A stretch of DNA of 64,000 nt from Chiloscyllium plagiosum (taxonomy: Eukaryota): the NCBI RefSeq assembly GCF_004010195.1, contig NC_057719.1:41858139-41922138 (forward strand), written 5' to 3'. The notes beneath the pieces are model-generated. The model was not told the DNA's origin and did no database searches. It saw only the letters and a list, made by a program, of their open reading frames with translations. The position numbers were made by a program, and so were the translations under genes. Shown here one piece after another: positions 1-12,109 of this stretch; positions within the stretch are counted from its first letter, which is position 1; each line of letters opens with the position of its first letter.

Positions 1-244
1 GAAAGGATACCAAACACCTTCTTCACTATCCTATCTATCTGTGACTCCACTTTCAAGGAGCTATGAACCTGCACTCCAAGTTTCTTTGTTCAGCAACACT
101 CTCTCGGACCTTACCATTAAGTGTATAAATCCTGCTAAGATTTGCTTTCCCAAAATGCAGCACCTCACATTTATCTATATTAAACTCCATCTGCCACTCC
201 TCTGCCTATTGGCCCATCTGATCAAGATCCCATTGTAATCTGAG

Positions 245-558
245 TTAAAAATCACACAACATCAGGTTATAGTCCAACAGGTTTAATTGGAAGCACACTA
301 GCTTTCGGAGCGATGCTCCTTCATCAGGTGATTGTGGAGGGCTCGATCGTAACACAGAATTCATAGCAAAAAATTTGCAGTGTGATGTAACTGAAATTAT
401 ACATTGAAAAAATTGATTGTCTGTTAAGCCTTTCATCTGTTAGAATACAATGATAGTTTCACTTCTTTCATGTGTAAATCACAAAACCCTTTTTTTTAAA
501 GTTGCATTCTCGGGTTAGCTGTTAACAATGGTGATAGCTAGACAATATGTTGAAGGTG
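245..558 (-). mobile_element. Penelope-like terminal-repeat fragment inserted in the CR1 with a 12-bp TSD
   Basis: Direct repeat ttgtaatctgag at 233-244 and 559-570 flanks it; contains a hammerhead core on the minus strand. Confidence 0.7.
296..330 (-). ncRNA. Minimal type I hammerhead ribozyme motif
   Basis: Minus strand reads CAC-CUGAUGA-A-GGAGC-AUC-GCUCC-GAAA-GCUA-GUG: intact core boxes, 5-bp stem II, palindromic AGCU stem III, 3-bp helix I. Confidence 0.65.
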
Positions 559-2659
559 TTGTAATCTGAGGTAACCTTCTTCGCTGTCCACAACATGTCC
601 AATTTTGCTGTCATCTGCAAACTTACTAACTGTACCTCTTATGCTCGCATCCAAATCATTTATATAAATGACAAAAAGTAGTGGACGCAGCACCGATCCT
701 TATGGCATTCCACTGGTCACAGGCCTCCAGTCTGAAAAACAACCCTCCACCACCACCCTCTGTCTTCTACCTTTGAGCCAGTTCTGTATTCAAATGGCTA
801 GTTCTCCCTGTATTCCATAAAATCTAATCTTGCTCACCAGTGTCCCATGGGGAACCTTACTGAAGTCCATACAGATCACATCTACCGCTCTGCTCTCATC
901 AATCCTCCTTGTTACTTCTTCAGAAAACTCAATCAAGTTTGTGAGACATGATTTCCCGTGCATAAAGCCATGTTGACTATCCCAAATCAGTCCTTGCCTT
1001 TCCAAATATATATACATCCTGTCCTTCAGGATTCCCTCCGACAACTTGCCCACCACTGACGTCAGGCTCACTGGTCTATAGTTCCCTGGCTTGTCCTTAC
1101 CACTTTTCTTAAACAATGACACCACATTAGCCAATCTTCGGTCTTCTGGCACCTCACCTGTGACTATCGATGATACAAATATCTCAGTAAGAGGCCAGCA
1201 ATCACTTCCCTAGCTTCCCACAGAGTTCTAGGGTAAAACTGATCAGGTCCTGAGGATTTATCCACTTTTTTGCATTTCAAGACATCCAGCACTTACTCCT
1301 CTGTAATATGGACATTTTTCAAGATGTCACCATCTATTTCCCTACATTCTATATGTTCCATGTCTTTTTCCACAGGAATCACTAATGCAAAATACTCATT
1401 TAGTATCTGTCCCATCTCCTGTGGCTCCACACAAAGACTGCCTTGTTGATCTTTGAGGAGCCCTATTCCCTCCCTAGTTACCCTTTTGTCCTTAATGTAT
1501 TTGTAAAAACCCTTTGGATTCTCCTTAACTCTATTTGCCAAAGCTATCTCATGTCCCCTTTTTGCCCTCCTGATTTCCCTCTTAAGTATTCTCCTACTTC
1601 TTTTATACTCTGCTAAGGATTCACTCGATCTATCCTGTCTATACCTTACATATGCTTCCTTCTTTTCTTAACCAAACCCTCAATTTCTTTAGTCATCCAG
1701 CATTCCCTATACCTACCAGCCTTTCCTTTCACCCTAACAGGAATATACTTTCTCTTGACTCTCGTTATCTCATTTCTGAAGGCTTCCCATTTTCCAGCCA
1801 TACCTTTACCGGCGCCCAATCAGGTTTTGAAAGTTCTTGCCTAATGCCATCAAAATTGGCCTTCCTCCAATGAACTTTAACTTTTAGATCTGGTCTATCC
1901 TTTTCCATCACTATTTTAAAACTAATGAAATTATGGTCACTGGCAACAAAGTGCTCCCCCACTGACACCTCAGTCACCTGCCCTGCTTTATTTCCCAAGA
2001 GTAGGTCAAGTTTTGCACCTTCTCTAGTAGGTACATCCACATACTGAATCAGAAAATTTTCTTGTACACACTTAACAAACTGCTGTCCATCAAAATCCTT
2101 AACACTATGGCAGTCCTAGTCGATGTTTGGAAAGTTAAAATCCCCTATCATGACCACCCTATTATTCTTACAGATTACCAAGATCTCCTTACAAATCTGC
2201 TTCTCAATTTCCCTCTGACTATTAGGGAGTCTATAATATAACCCCAATGTAACAAACACAAAGGTACCTTGTACCTAAGATGGCACCAAAGTAGTGACAT
2301 TACAAACTTTTCAGTGCACGCATACGAATGCACCTGACAATAAAGGTTATTCTTTGTGAAAAGTAATCCCTAGACTGTTGCCTTCATTCAGTGCTCCTAA
2401 TACTAGCATGAGACATTATAAAAACCTAAGGATTTTTTAGTCAAAAGTAGGGGGTCAACTTTTAAATGAAATTGACTGTACATGTGTACAGATCACAATT
2501 GCCTGATGTGTACAGTTGATGACCCATTGGATATCTGGGGGGCCAGCCAGAGGGCAAGACCAAGCATTCAGTCTCCTGGGCTGAACAAAATTTAGAACAA
2601 TGGAAAAAAGGAAGTGATTACAAGCAGTGATGAGTAAGACCATATCAAACTATACGTCT

Positions 2660-3340
2660 GAAGACTAAGGTAGATAGGATAGTGAATAAGGCATTTGGTA
2701 TGCTTTCCTTTATTGGTCAGAGTATTAAGTACAGGAGTTGGGAGGTCATGTTGCGGCTGTACAGGACATTGGTTAGGCCACTGTTGGAATATTGCATGCA
2801 ATTCTGGTCTCTTTCCTATATGGAAAGATATTGTGAAACTTGAAAGGGTTTAGAAAGATTTACAAGGATGTTGCCATGGTTGGAGGATTTGAGCTTCATG
2901 GAAAGGCTGAACAGGCTGGGGCTGTATTCCCTGGAGAGTCGGAGGCTGAGGGGTGACCTTATAGAGGTTTACAAAATTATGAGGGACATGGATAGGATAA
3001 ATAGACAAAGTCTTTTCCCTGGGGTTAGGGAGAAGAGAACTAGAGGGCATAGGTTTAGGGTGAGAGGGGAAAGATATAAAAGAGACCTAAGGGGCAACTT
3101 TTTCACGCAGAGAGTAATACGTTAATGGAATGAGCTGCCAGAGGATGTGGTGGAGGCTGGTACAATTGCAACATTTAAAAGGCATTTGGATGGGTATATG
3201 AATAGGAAGGGTTTGGAGGGATATGGGCTGGGTGCTGGCAGGTGGGACTAGATTGGGTTGGGATATCTGGTTCAGCATGGATCGGTTGGACTGACGGGTC
3301 TGTTTCCGTGTTGTACATCTCTATGACTCTATGACTCTAG
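2660..3340 (+). mobile_element. CR1/HER1-type LINE 3' fragment
   Basis: ORF 2868..3125 (RRLRGDLIEVYKIM...TRGH...FFTQRV) and (atgactct)n tail at about 3320-3339. Confidence 0.9.
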
Positions 3341-5273
3341 TCATTACCTTAACTATTCTAAGGTATCTGTCATTGTATATCGTGGCTCATACTTTCTCTG
3401 TTGTGCATCAGGTTTTGAGGTGGTAGTGAAGACATTAAGAATGCTTCATATTCTTTATACTTGAATATTCATGCAAAAGATTAATGGCTATGCCATACTT
3501 ACTGCAGATTTAACAAGCAATAGTCCAAAATTGATTGCCAGCTGATTTCACATCCAAGATTTGATATAAAAAAAATGTGAATTCCAAATTAATTCCTATC
3601 ATGAGACAGCTCTAATATCTCATGCATGATGAACTTACAATGACACTTTCAAAATCTTTCACTTGAGTGCAATAAATTCTTCCAGAATTCCATTACATTT
3701 TCTGCTCATATATCAGTTCATTTCGTTTGAAATGACAGAATGCTTGGAAAGGTAGCATGTAGTGAGGAAAATATTATCAGCCTTCAAATGGCCATAGACA
3801 GAGCAGTGATATGGGCAGGCATGTGACATTTAATGCATAGAAGTGTGAACAGATATATTTTGGAAGGAAAGATTATGAGGCAATATGAACTAAATGACAA
3901 AATTTCAACGTGAGTTCAGAAACAGCTCACGATTCACAGACATAAATCTTTGAAGGTGGCAGAAAAGTTGATAAAATTGTTAAAACATATGGGATCCTTG
4001 GCTTTATAAATACTGCAGAAGGATATAAAAAAGTTAGTAAGATATGTTAACCCTTTGTCACTTGTTAGACCTCAGCAGATGGGCAGAGCTTTCTCAGTCA
4101 CTGAATGATGAGCAACAGCGAATCAATTGGAGAAATATAATGAGAACAGCAAAATTAGATTCTTGATGTTGAGTTGTGAATTCTGGATGAGTCAGCAATG
4201 TAAGAACCAGCAACGCAAGGAAAATCACTCAAGTACGGACAAAATGAATGGGTGCTCAGAAAGCAAGCTCGGAGCCCAAGATGCACCCTATTCCAATAAA
4301 TGAGATGGATGTGTGTCCTGTGTGCAAAGTGACTTAGCAACAGCATTGTAATGAAAGGTGTCAGTGTGCTCCATGAGAACACAAGAAATAGGAGCAGGAG
4401 TGGGCCATCTGGCCCAATGAGCCTGCTCTGCCATTTAACAAGATCATGGCTGATGTTTTTGTGGACTCAGCTCCACTCACACCTTTCACTGCAATGCTGT
4501 TGCTAAGCCACTTCGCACAAAAAAACACTCATCCACCCGCTCATCATAACCTTTAATTCCTTTACTGTTCAAAAATCTATTTATCTTTGCCTTAAAAACA
4601 TTCAATGAGGTAGCCTCAGCTGCTTCACTGGGCAGGGAATTCCACAGATTCACAACCGTCTGGGTGAAGAAGTTCCTTCTCAACTCAGTTCAAAATCTGC
4701 TCCCCCCTCATTTTGAGGCTTTGCTCACTAGTTCTAGTTTTACCTACCAGTGGAAATAACCTCCCTGCTTCTATCTTATCTATTTCCTTCATAATTTTAT
4801 TTCTTTCTATAAGATATCATTTATTCTTCTAAACTCCACCGAGTATAGTGCCAGTATACTCAATCTCTCCACATAAGCCAACCCTCTCAACTCCAGGATC
4901 AACCTAGTGTATCTTCTCTGCACCCACTTCAGTGCCAGTACATCCTCTCTCAAGCTACCAAAACTGTTCATAGTACTCCAAGTTGGCGTCACCAGCACCA
5001 TATACAGCTGCAGCGTAATCTCCTTATTTTAAAACTCCATCCCTCCAACATGATAATCCACTTCATTTATTACTTATCTGCTGCACCTGCAACCAACTTT
5101 TTGTGATTCATGCACAAGGACACCCAGGCCCCTCTGCACAGTAGCATGCTGCAATGTTTCACCATTTAAATAACAGTCCATTTTGCTATTATTCCTAACA
5201 AAGTGGATGACCACTCATTCGCCGACATTGTACCCCATCTGTCAGATCCTTGCCCATTCACTTAACATATCGT

Positions 5274-5500
5274 GGCGGCACGGTGGCACAGTGGTTAGCA
5301 CTGCTGCCTCACAGCGCCAGAGACCCGGGTTCNNNNNNNNNNNNNNNNNNNNNNNNNNNNNNNNNNNNNNNNNNNNNNNNNNNNNNNNNNNNNNNNNNNN
5401 NNNNNNNNNNNNNNNNNNNNNNNNNNNNNNNNNNNNNNCGGCGAGTCGGTGTGGACTTGTTGGGCCGAAGGGCCTGTTTCCACACTGTAAGTAATCTAAT
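5274..5500 (+). mobile_element. HE1-type tRNA-derived SINE spanning an assembly gap
   Basis: ggcggcacggtggcacagtggttagcactgctgcctcacagcgccagagacccgggttc head (A/B boxes) and gggccgaagggcctgtttccacactgtaagtaatctaatc tail. Confidence 0.88.
5333..5438. other. Assembly gap (106 N)
   Basis: Run of N. Confidence 1.
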
Positions 5501-7519
5501 CAAATATCTATATCCCTCTGCAGACTTTCAGTGTCCTCTGCATACTTTGCACTACCACTCGCCTTAGTGCCATTTGCGAATATTGACACACTACACTTAG
5601 TCCCCAACTCTAAATCATCTATGTAAATTGTAAGCAACTGATTCCTGAGGCACACTACTAGCCAACCAGAAAACACTCATTTATCTCTACTATTTGCTTT
5701 CTGTTAGTGAGCCAATCTTTTATTCATGCTAATACATTACCCATAATGCCATGCACCTTTATCCTATGCAGCTGCCCTTTGTGTGGCAACTTGTCGAATA
5801 CCTTTTGGAAATCCAGATATACCACATCCAACAGTACCCCTTTGTCCATTGCACTTGTAATGTTCTCAAAGAATTCCAGTAAATTGTTAAACATGACCTG
5901 CCTTTTATGAACCCATGCTGCATCTGCCCAATGGGTCAATTTCTATCCAGATTTCTCACTATTTCTTCCTTAATTATAGATTCAAGCATTTTACCCACTA
6001 CAGAAGTTAAGCTAATGGGCCTATAGTTACCTGCCTTTTGTCTCCCTCCTTTTTAAAATAGTGGCATACCAATGGCTGTTTTCCAATCTGCTGAAACCGC
6101 CCCGAAAGCAGCAAATTTTGGTGAATTACCAAAAGCACATTTGCTATTCCACCCACCATCTCTTTTAGTACCCCAGGATTCATTCCACCAGGACCAGGAG
6201 ACTTGTCTCCCTTTAGCCCCTTTAGCTTGCCCAATACTACCTCTTTAGTGATAGTGTTTATTTCTAAGTCCTCACCTGCCATAGCCTCCATGTCATCAAT
6301 TACTGGCATCTTATTTATGTCTTCCACTGTGAAGACCAACATAAAATATCTGCTCAACACCTCAGCCATTTCTTCATTTCCCATTACTAAATCCCCCTTC
6401 TCATCCTCTAAAGGATCAATGTTTACCTTAGCCACTCTTTTATGTATTTGTAGAAATGTTTGCTATCCATTTTTATCTTCTGAGCTAGTTTACTCTCATA
6501 ACCCACCTTAACTTGCTTTATGATTATTTTTCATGGATTTCTGTTGATCTTTAAAGATTTCTTAATCCCCTAGGTTTTCATTCATCTTTGCCACTTTGTA
6601 TACATTAGCTTTCAATGTGATACCCTCTTTTATTTCCTTAATTATTAATGGCTGATTATCCCTTTTCCTACAGTCCTTCCTTTTCACTGGTTTATACTTT
6701 TGCTGGGCACTGTGAAGAATTGCTTTGTAAGTCCTTATCTGTTCCTCAATTGTCCCAACATATAGTATTTGCTCCCAGTTTACCTTAGCCAACTCCTCAT
6801 CCTATCCCATTGTAGTCTCAGTTGTTTAAGCACAAGACACTGGTATTGGATTTTACCTACTCACCTTCCATCTATATTTTAAATTCAACCACACTGTGAT
6901 CGTTCCTTCTGCGAAGATCCATAACTATGAGATTATTAATTATTCCCATCTCATTACACAGAGGTAGCCTACGTACTGTTCCATGGGTTCCATTACGTAC
7001 TGTTCAAGGAAAATATCATAGATGTATTCTATGAACTCCTCCTCAAGGCTGCCTTGACTGACTTGGTTTGACCAATCAATATATAGGTTAAAATGCCCCA
7101 TGATAATTGTCGTTCCATTTTTACATGCATCAGTTATTTCTTTGTTTATTGCCCATCCTAACATGATGTTATTATTTGATGGCCTATGCCCATCAGTGAC
7201 CTTTTCCCCTTACTATTTCTAATTTACACCCAAATTGATTCAACCATTTTCTCCAGAGAAAATCTCTCATCTCTTACTATGCCCTGATGTCATCCTTAAG
7301 TATCATTTCCCATTTGTTCTTGTCTGCCTTTCCCTGGATATTTAACTCCCAGTTGTGACCACCCTGCAATCATGTCTCTGTAATGGCCACTCAATCATAC
7401 CTATTTGTGATGATTTGTGCCGTCAACTCATTTACCTTATTTCAAATGCTGTGGGCATTCAGGAAAAGTGCTCTAATGCAAATTTTTGAACCATCTTTTT
7501 GAATCCTAACACCTCCACC

Positions 7520-8710
7520 AGAAGAACCATTCACAACTCCTCAATTACTGAAGCCATCCATGTTCAAATGCAACAAGATCTGGACAATATCTAGGCTTGG
7601 GCTGACAAATGGCATGTAACATTCATGCCACACAACTACCAGGCTATGACCATCTCCAATAAGAAACAATCTAACCACAGCTCTGTCAATCAATGGAGTT
7701 AACATGAAAGGGTGGCACAATGGCTCAGTGGGTAGCACTGCTGCCTCACAGTGCCAAGGACCCGGGTTTGATTCCAGCCTCGGACGACTGTCTATGTGGA
7801 GCTTGCACATTGTCTGCGTGGGTTTCCTCTGGGTGCTCTGGTTTCCTCCCACAATCACAAAGATGTGCAGGTTAGGTGAATTGGCCATGCTAAATTGCCC
7901 ATAGTGTTCAGAGATGTGCATTAGTCAGTGGTAAAAATGTAAAATAATAGGGAAAGAGAATGGGTCTGGGTAGTTTATTCTTCGAAGAGTTGGTGTGGAC
8001 TTGTTGGGCCAAATGGCCTGTTTCTACATTGTAGACATTCTATTCTATTCAATCACTGAATCCCCCAATATCAACATCCTAGGTCAGGGAGTGGAGTTGG
8101 GGGATGCGGTGGTTTACCATTGAATAGAAACTCAGCTGGATTCACTGTACAATTACAATAGCTACAAGAACCAGGCTAGAGGCTAGGGATACTGCAGTGA
8201 GTAACTCACCTCCTGACTCCCCAGAACCTGTCCATCATCTACAAGGCACAAATCAGAAATATGATGGAATACTTCCCACTTTCCTGGATGGGTGCTGCTC
8301 CAACAACACTCAATATGTTTGATACCACCCAAGACAAAGCAGGCACCACATCCACTCCCTCCACCACTTACACTCAGTAATAGGAGCATATATGATCCAT
8401 AGGATGTACTGCACAAATTAGCCCAAGATCCTGATCTAGAACCTTCCAAACCCATGACCACTTTCATCTAGAAGGACAAGGGCAGCAGCTACAGGGTAAA
8501 ACCACCACCTGCAAGGCATTCAGCATCCTGATCTGGAAATATATCACTGTTCCTTCACTGTCACTGGGTCAAAATCCTGCAATTCTCTCCCTAATGGTTT
8601 TGTCAGTCTACCTGCAGGTTCAAGTTCACCATCACCTTCTCAATGGCAATAGGGACAGATAATAGATGCTGGCCCAGCCAGCAATGCCAGCATCCATCAG
8701 AGCATAGAAA
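7520..8710 (+). mobile_element. Decayed LINE 3' fragment (second CR1-clade family) with a nested HE1 SINE at about 7710-8050
   Basis: gggctgacaaatggcatgtaacattc RT-end segment; similar to the copy at 33570-35060. Confidence 0.7.
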
Positions 8711-11354
8711 ACAAAATTACAACCAGTTTGGAAGAAAAGTGATTTAGCTTTCACAGTTGACTTATGATATGAGCGCTGAAAAATCTGCTGGTGTTATGTG
8801 GCACATTCTAGATACTTAAAATCCACCATACACTGTAGATATTATGTTAACCAACTCTAATTAGTCTTACTTTAATTCTGAATATTTGCTTTCCTCTACA
8901 TCTAGGATATTTAAAAAAAGTGAAAATATTTTCCTTCACCTCGCTGAGAATTATACAATGTAAGTAATATGGCATTTCATCCTTCAAGTTTCTGCAATGA
9001 TATATTTCTTTATATGTATTTTAGAACATTTAGGTTTATCTAATATCAACTCTAAAACTTTCATTCTCAGGTTTAAATTCCTCCTATGACCTCCCTTTGC
9101 CTATATTTGTAATCTCCTCCTGCTCTAACTCCGCGAGTTTGTCAGACTTTTGGTGATAGTACATTCAGTATCCAGCCTACCCTAAGATCTAAAATCCCCT
9201 TCCTCAATGATTGCTCTTCTCCACCACTCTCTCTCCTCTTCAAACTGCTCCTTAACTATCTTCTTTTACAAACTTTTTGTCAATTATTTTAATATCTCTT
9301 TTGTTGGCTCAAAATCCAGTTTATTTTAACATGTTACTGTGAAGAACTTTGGAATATCTAAGCATGTTAATTATGCTGTATAAATGCAATTTATTATTAC
9401 AATTAGTATTTGTCTGTAACTCTGTGAAAAGTGATCTGAAGAATCCATTGCTATAATCTGCTATATTCTGTTCATCTGTAATAGTCCAACTCAATTTTGG
9501 AGGCTTCATGCTTTCTTATGTGAGTTGAATTTCTTTGTCTAATACTTTCTTAAATTCTTAAGTAAGTATTCTTTGTACTTTATACCTTTCTTCCAATATT
9601 TAAATTTGAACACTGTTGTCTAGTATTTGTTATATATAGCCTTTTCAAATTGAAACATTTCCTTTCTTTGTCTTTCATAATCTTAAAATACCATATTTCA
9701 TTGTAAATTCAATTCCAGTCACAGGTTGGTTGGCTAAGGGGTAAATTACATATTCACAAAATAATTGGCTTACACTGTACAACTGTGTCACACTGACATT
9801 GCCTGACATTGTCCTTTGTATTTTACATATCTGGGTAAATCCTGAGCATGTAAGGTCACACTTGCATAGGTGGGAGCATATTTTTTGTATAATTCCTGCT
9901 TGTCAACATCAATCAGATCAGTTTTGTGAATAAGTAAGCCCTGTTAATATTCAAAACATATTTAAAAATCCTCCTTCCATATCCACTACTCAAAAGGAAA
10001 TTTACCAACAAAGTCATCTTTATATTTTTTCTCTATGGTAGTCTTCTAATTCCATTGAGTTTTGTCCAGCAAGTGGCACACAGAGGGAGGTAGATTATAT
10101 CCCTGTGGACGTTTATCTCAATATAAATTTAATTTAATGAGTTTAATGAATTTATTATGAATAAATAAAAGGCATTACTGATATTAAATTGTAACCTCCT
10201 CTATCTGGGATCACCATAACTGAAGTATGCTATTGGAGAAACCATGCAGAATATAATGTTAATGAAAAAACATACCATTTGGACATGTTTTTTAAGCTAG
10301 TTAAATTTTCTTTGCAGTTGGGAGGTAAATTAACTTGAAAAATTTCCATTATGGTGGCAGTGGAGTAGGGCTTCTGAATCCAGGGCTTGTCGCTCCATCC
10401 ACTTTCGTTTTTGTTTCTTTTCTCTTTCCTCTCTTCTCATTTTTTTCTATTTTTTGCCTCTTTTATGTTACTGACCATAAGAGCTTGGTTGCAGTGACAG
10501 CATCGGCAGTGGTGACTGGGCTCAGCAAGGACATGAGTGTGCACAGAGTTGGACTCAAGTGGGCCCACAGTCAGCCTCGAGTAGGCGCAGAGTGGACTTG
10601 AGCGAGCCCAGTATGGACAGAGTGTGCCCAGCATGGATTTAAGTAGGTCCAGCACAGACTTGAGTGGACTCAGCACAGACTCGAGTGGGCCCAGTGCAGA
10701 CATGAGTGGCCCAACTCAGATCCGAGTGGGCCCAGCCCGGATTTGAGTGGGCCCAGCTCAGACCCGAATCGGCCCAGTGCAAACTTGAGTGGGCCCAGCG
10801 TGGATTCAAATGGCCTAGTGCATGTACGAGTGGGTCCAGCTTGGACATGAGTGGGCCCACCTTGGACACAAGTGGGCCCAGCGTGGACATGAGTGGGCCC
10901 AGTGTGGATTCAAGTGAGCCCATTGTGGTCACGATTGGGTCCAGTGTGGGTTCGAGTGGGCCCAACGTGGACACGAGTAGGCCCAACGTGGATTCAATTG
11001 GGCCTAGTGTGGACTTGAGTGGGCCCAGCATGGACTTGAGTGGGCCCAGCGTGGATTCAAGTGAGCCCATTGTGGCCATGAGTGGGCCCAGCATGGGTTC
11101 GAGTCAGCCCAGTGTGGGCATGGGGTGGGCCCAATGTGGACACTCAAGTGGGCCCAGCACAGACTCGAGTGGGCCCAACGTGGACTTCAGTGAGCCCAGC
11201 ACCAACTCAAATGTGCCCAGCATGGGCTTGAGTGGGCCCAGCGTGGATTTGAGTGGGCCCAGTGTGGACCTGAGTGAGCCCAATGAGGATTCAAGTGAGC
11301 TGGAAATGTGTTGCTGGAAAAGCGCAGCAGGTCAGGCAGCATCCAGGGAACAGG

Positions 11355-11394
11355 AGAATCGACGTTTCGGGCATAAGCCCTTCTTCAGGAATCT
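11355..11394 (-). ncRNA. Minimal hammerhead ribozyme motif (minus-strand copy)
   Basis: AGAUUC-CUGAAGA-A-GGGC-UUAU-GCCC-GAAA-CGUC-GAUUCU; helix I pairs 5 of 6 with one U-U mismatch; palindromic ACGU stem III. Confidence 0.65.
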
Positions 11395-11426
11395 GAAGAA
11401 GGGCTTATGCCCGAAACGTCGATTCT
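11387..11426 (+). ncRNA. Minimal hammerhead ribozyme motif (plus-strand copy)
   Basis: CUGAAGA 11393-11399, stem II GGGC/GCCC, GAAA 11413-11416, CGUC; helix I is poorly paired in this orientation. Confidence 0.5.
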
Positions 11427-12109
11427 CCTGTTCCCTGGATGCTGCCTGACCTGCTGCGCTTTTCCAGCAACACATTTCCAGCTCTGATCTCCAGCATCTG
11501 CAGACCTCACTTTCTCCTCGAGGATTCAAGTGAGCCCAACGTGGACTTGAATGGGCCCTGTGTGGGTCCTGAGCTCCCAATGTGGACATGAGTGGGTCCA
11601 GCATGGACTCGATTGGATTTAGCACAGACTCGAGTGGGCCCAGCGTGGATTCAATGGGCCTACTGTGGACACGAGTGGGCCCAGTGTGGACTTGAGTTGG
11701 CCCAGCGTGGATTTGAGTGAGCCCAGTGTGGACACAAGTGGGCCCAGCGTGGATTTGAGTGAGCCCAGTGTGGACACAAGTGGGCCCACTGTGGGTTCGA
11801 GTGACCCTAGTGTGGGCACAAGTGGGCCCAAGCGATAATTAGAATTTCCTTTCTAATTATCTACATTGAAGTCAAGTCGGAATAAACAGAACCAATATTT
11901 ACATCTTGGTTTATTTATCCTAATTATATTTAATGTGGAGCTTCTGTTACTATCAAAGTTAGCAGTAGTTTTGCAAAGTCTGATTCGAATTAATCATTCT
12001 AATTTCCTTACATGTTCTTTTCAGCAAAGTACTAGAGTCCAGATGGCTGTGTTGCACACTTCGTGCTAGACTTTGTGACATTTGGTCAGAGCTGAAAAGG
12101 ATCTTACAA

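Larger units (their letters stand above)
1..2250 (-). mobile_element. Decayed CR1-type LINE ORF2 (endonuclease end plus RT), interrupted at 245-558
   Basis: Minus ORFs 790..1152 (PGNYRPVSLTSVVGK, QHGF, SCLTNLIEF), 1293..1541 and 1765..2040 (PTREGAKLDLLL...SDHN); frameshifted. Confidence 0.9.
4375..7500 (-). mobile_element. Decayed CR1-type LINE (ORF2 to 3' tail) with a nested SINE
   Basis: Minus ORFs 4486..4683, 4807..5001, 5724..5939 (DVVYLDFQKVFDKLPH), 6007..6435 (KSPGP), 6940..7164. Confidence 0.88.
11297..11519. mobile_element. Penelope-like inverted terminal-repeat insertion: perfect 92-bp palindrome plus tail, with TSD
   Basis: Arms 11297-11388 and 11393-11484 are exact reverse complements around a gaat loop; direct repeat gaggattcaagtgagc at 11285-11300 and 11520-11535. 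Confidence 0.8.
10520..11830. repeat. GC-rich minisatellite, about 21-bp unit (gagtgggcccagtgtggactt-like), interrupted by a palindromic insertion
   Basis: Dozens of degenerate tandem units; yields 7-aa repeat ORFs on both strands (SGPSVDL / STLGPLK). Confidence 0.95.

Noticed and set aside
5274..5332. tRNA genes at SINE heads
   Set aside because: The A/B-box heads continue into SINE bodies repeated many times in the window; no complete cloverleaf
10706..11449. 247-aa ORF as a real protein-coding gene
   Set aside because: Explained by a stop-poor 21-bp minisatellite plus an inserted palindrome; the same C-terminal peptide appears on both strands
10520..11830. CRISPR-like array
   Set aside because: Eukaryotic context, contiguous degenerate units, no unique spacers, no cas genes
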